A stretch of DNA of 48,427 nucleotides. Source: Rhizaria sp. SCN 62-66. Lineage: Eukaryota. The notes under the pieces were generated by a model, which was given only the letters and a program-made list of their open reading frames with translations, had not been told where the DNA came from and made no database searches. Below are positions 47,713 through 48,427 of the stretch, piece by piece. Where the stretch lies: NCBI GenBank assembly GCA_001724265.1, contig MEDY01000046.1, positions 62,001-110,427 of the forward strand, written 5' to 3'. Both the position numbers and the translations under genes were made by a program. Within the stretch, counting starts at the first letter, position 1; the number at the start of each line of letters is the position of its first letter.

Positions 47713-48427
47713 TCAGTGGTAGCGCGGCTGCTCCAGCAGCGCGTGCTTCTCCAGAAACTGCAGCAGGCGTACGGCCACCACAGTGGAATCCGTCTCGTGC
47801 ATCCAATGGCTCCCCGCGACCACGGCAGCTTCAAGCTGGACCGCATCCATCGTCGCTGCCCTCGCATTTGCGCTCACACTCGCTGTATTCGCAGTCGCTA
47901 CCGTGGCACCTCCTGAGGCAGTGGAACGCACGCTAGCATTGTCGTGGCTGTGCGCGCCGCCATTCCGGTGGCCGAGGGCGCTGTGGAGCCCCGTTGATGG
48001 CCGCAGCGTCTCGTCCGCAACCAGCGGCGACGAAAACAGCATTAGCCGCGGCACCGCACTCAGAGTGCACTGCTCCGTAGCGGTCGCGCTGCTGAGTGTG
48101 TCCTCCGCTCCAGACTCTGTTTGTGTCGCGGGGAACGCCCACGGCAGGGCCATGTCGCGCGGCAGCGGTGCGTACCACCGGCCCCACAGAGCGCGCAGCG
48201 CCACGGCGGGCACGCGCGCGCGGTAGGCAGGCACCAGCGCAGCGCAGTCACGTTCGCTATCGTCCATCCTCGCTGCGCACTCGTCACGAGAAAGTTCGCC
48301 GACAGAGCCAGTCGTGTCGGCGATCTCTCGCGCTTTGCTGGGTCTATCGCCGCCGGCAAACGTCTCTCGCGCGAGCGCAAACGCGTGCGCGGGAACCATA
48401 ACGGTCTCGAGCAAGTGCGCCGTCGAC
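47713..48427 (-). CDS. C-terminal part of an alpha/beta hydrolase, protein phosphatase methylesterase-1 (PME-1)-like; 5' end outside the window
   Basis: Frame is open to the window edge. YRARV..LWGRWYAPL..VPRLML..GSHWMHETDSTVVAVRLLQFLEKH parallels the PME-1 C-terminus (Y.WR..W.GWF.GL..PKLLL..GH.VHED.P..VA..FL.RH), including the catalytic His position. Stop TGA. Confidence 0.55.
   Translation of the reverse strand, partial: STAHLLETVMVPAHAFALARETFAGGDRPSKAREIADTTGSVGELSRDECAARMDDSERDCAALVPAYRARVPAVALRALWGRWYAPLPRDMALPWAFPATQTESGAEDTLSSATATEQCTLSAVPRLMLFSSPLVADETLRPSTGLHSALGHRNGGAHSHDNASVRSTASGGATVATANTASVSANARAATMDAVQLEAAVVAGSHWMHETDSTVVAVRLLQFLEKHALLEQPRYH

Overview
Gene-dense, GC-rich nuclear DNA from a microbial eukaryote, with short GT-AG introns clustered at gene 5' ends and AT-rich spacers. 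Seven protein-coding genes are supported. (1) A minus-strand gene of >2,300 codons with ubiquitin-like, C2 and RRM-like domains and two introns, running off the left edge and absent from the ORF track. (2) Phosphoglycerate kinase ending in a PTS1-like -AKL. (3) An expanded mitochondrial RbfA-like protein. (4) A mitochondrial peptidyl-tRNA hydrolase with one intron. (5) A membrane-anchored thioredoxin-fold-like protein with one intron. (6) A ~30.6 kb single reading frame (16488-47105, 10,205 codons before its TAA) for a midasin-like protein with 6 AAA+ modules, Ig-like domains, RING/RBR-like zinc modules and 3 vWA domains. (7) The 3' part of a PME-1-like alpha/beta hydrolase. The main anomaly is in the giant gene. 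Its frame holds exactly two in-frame TAG codons: one directly after the apparent start ATG (16491) and one joining the two long ORFs (39525). All six visible gene ends use TAA or TGA. This suggests UAG is read as sense (variant nuclear code or readthrough), but recent nonsense mutation, sequencing error or splicing are not excluded. No tRNA, rRNA, CRISPR array or mobile element was recognised. All domain calls are by-eye motif recognition, not database searches.
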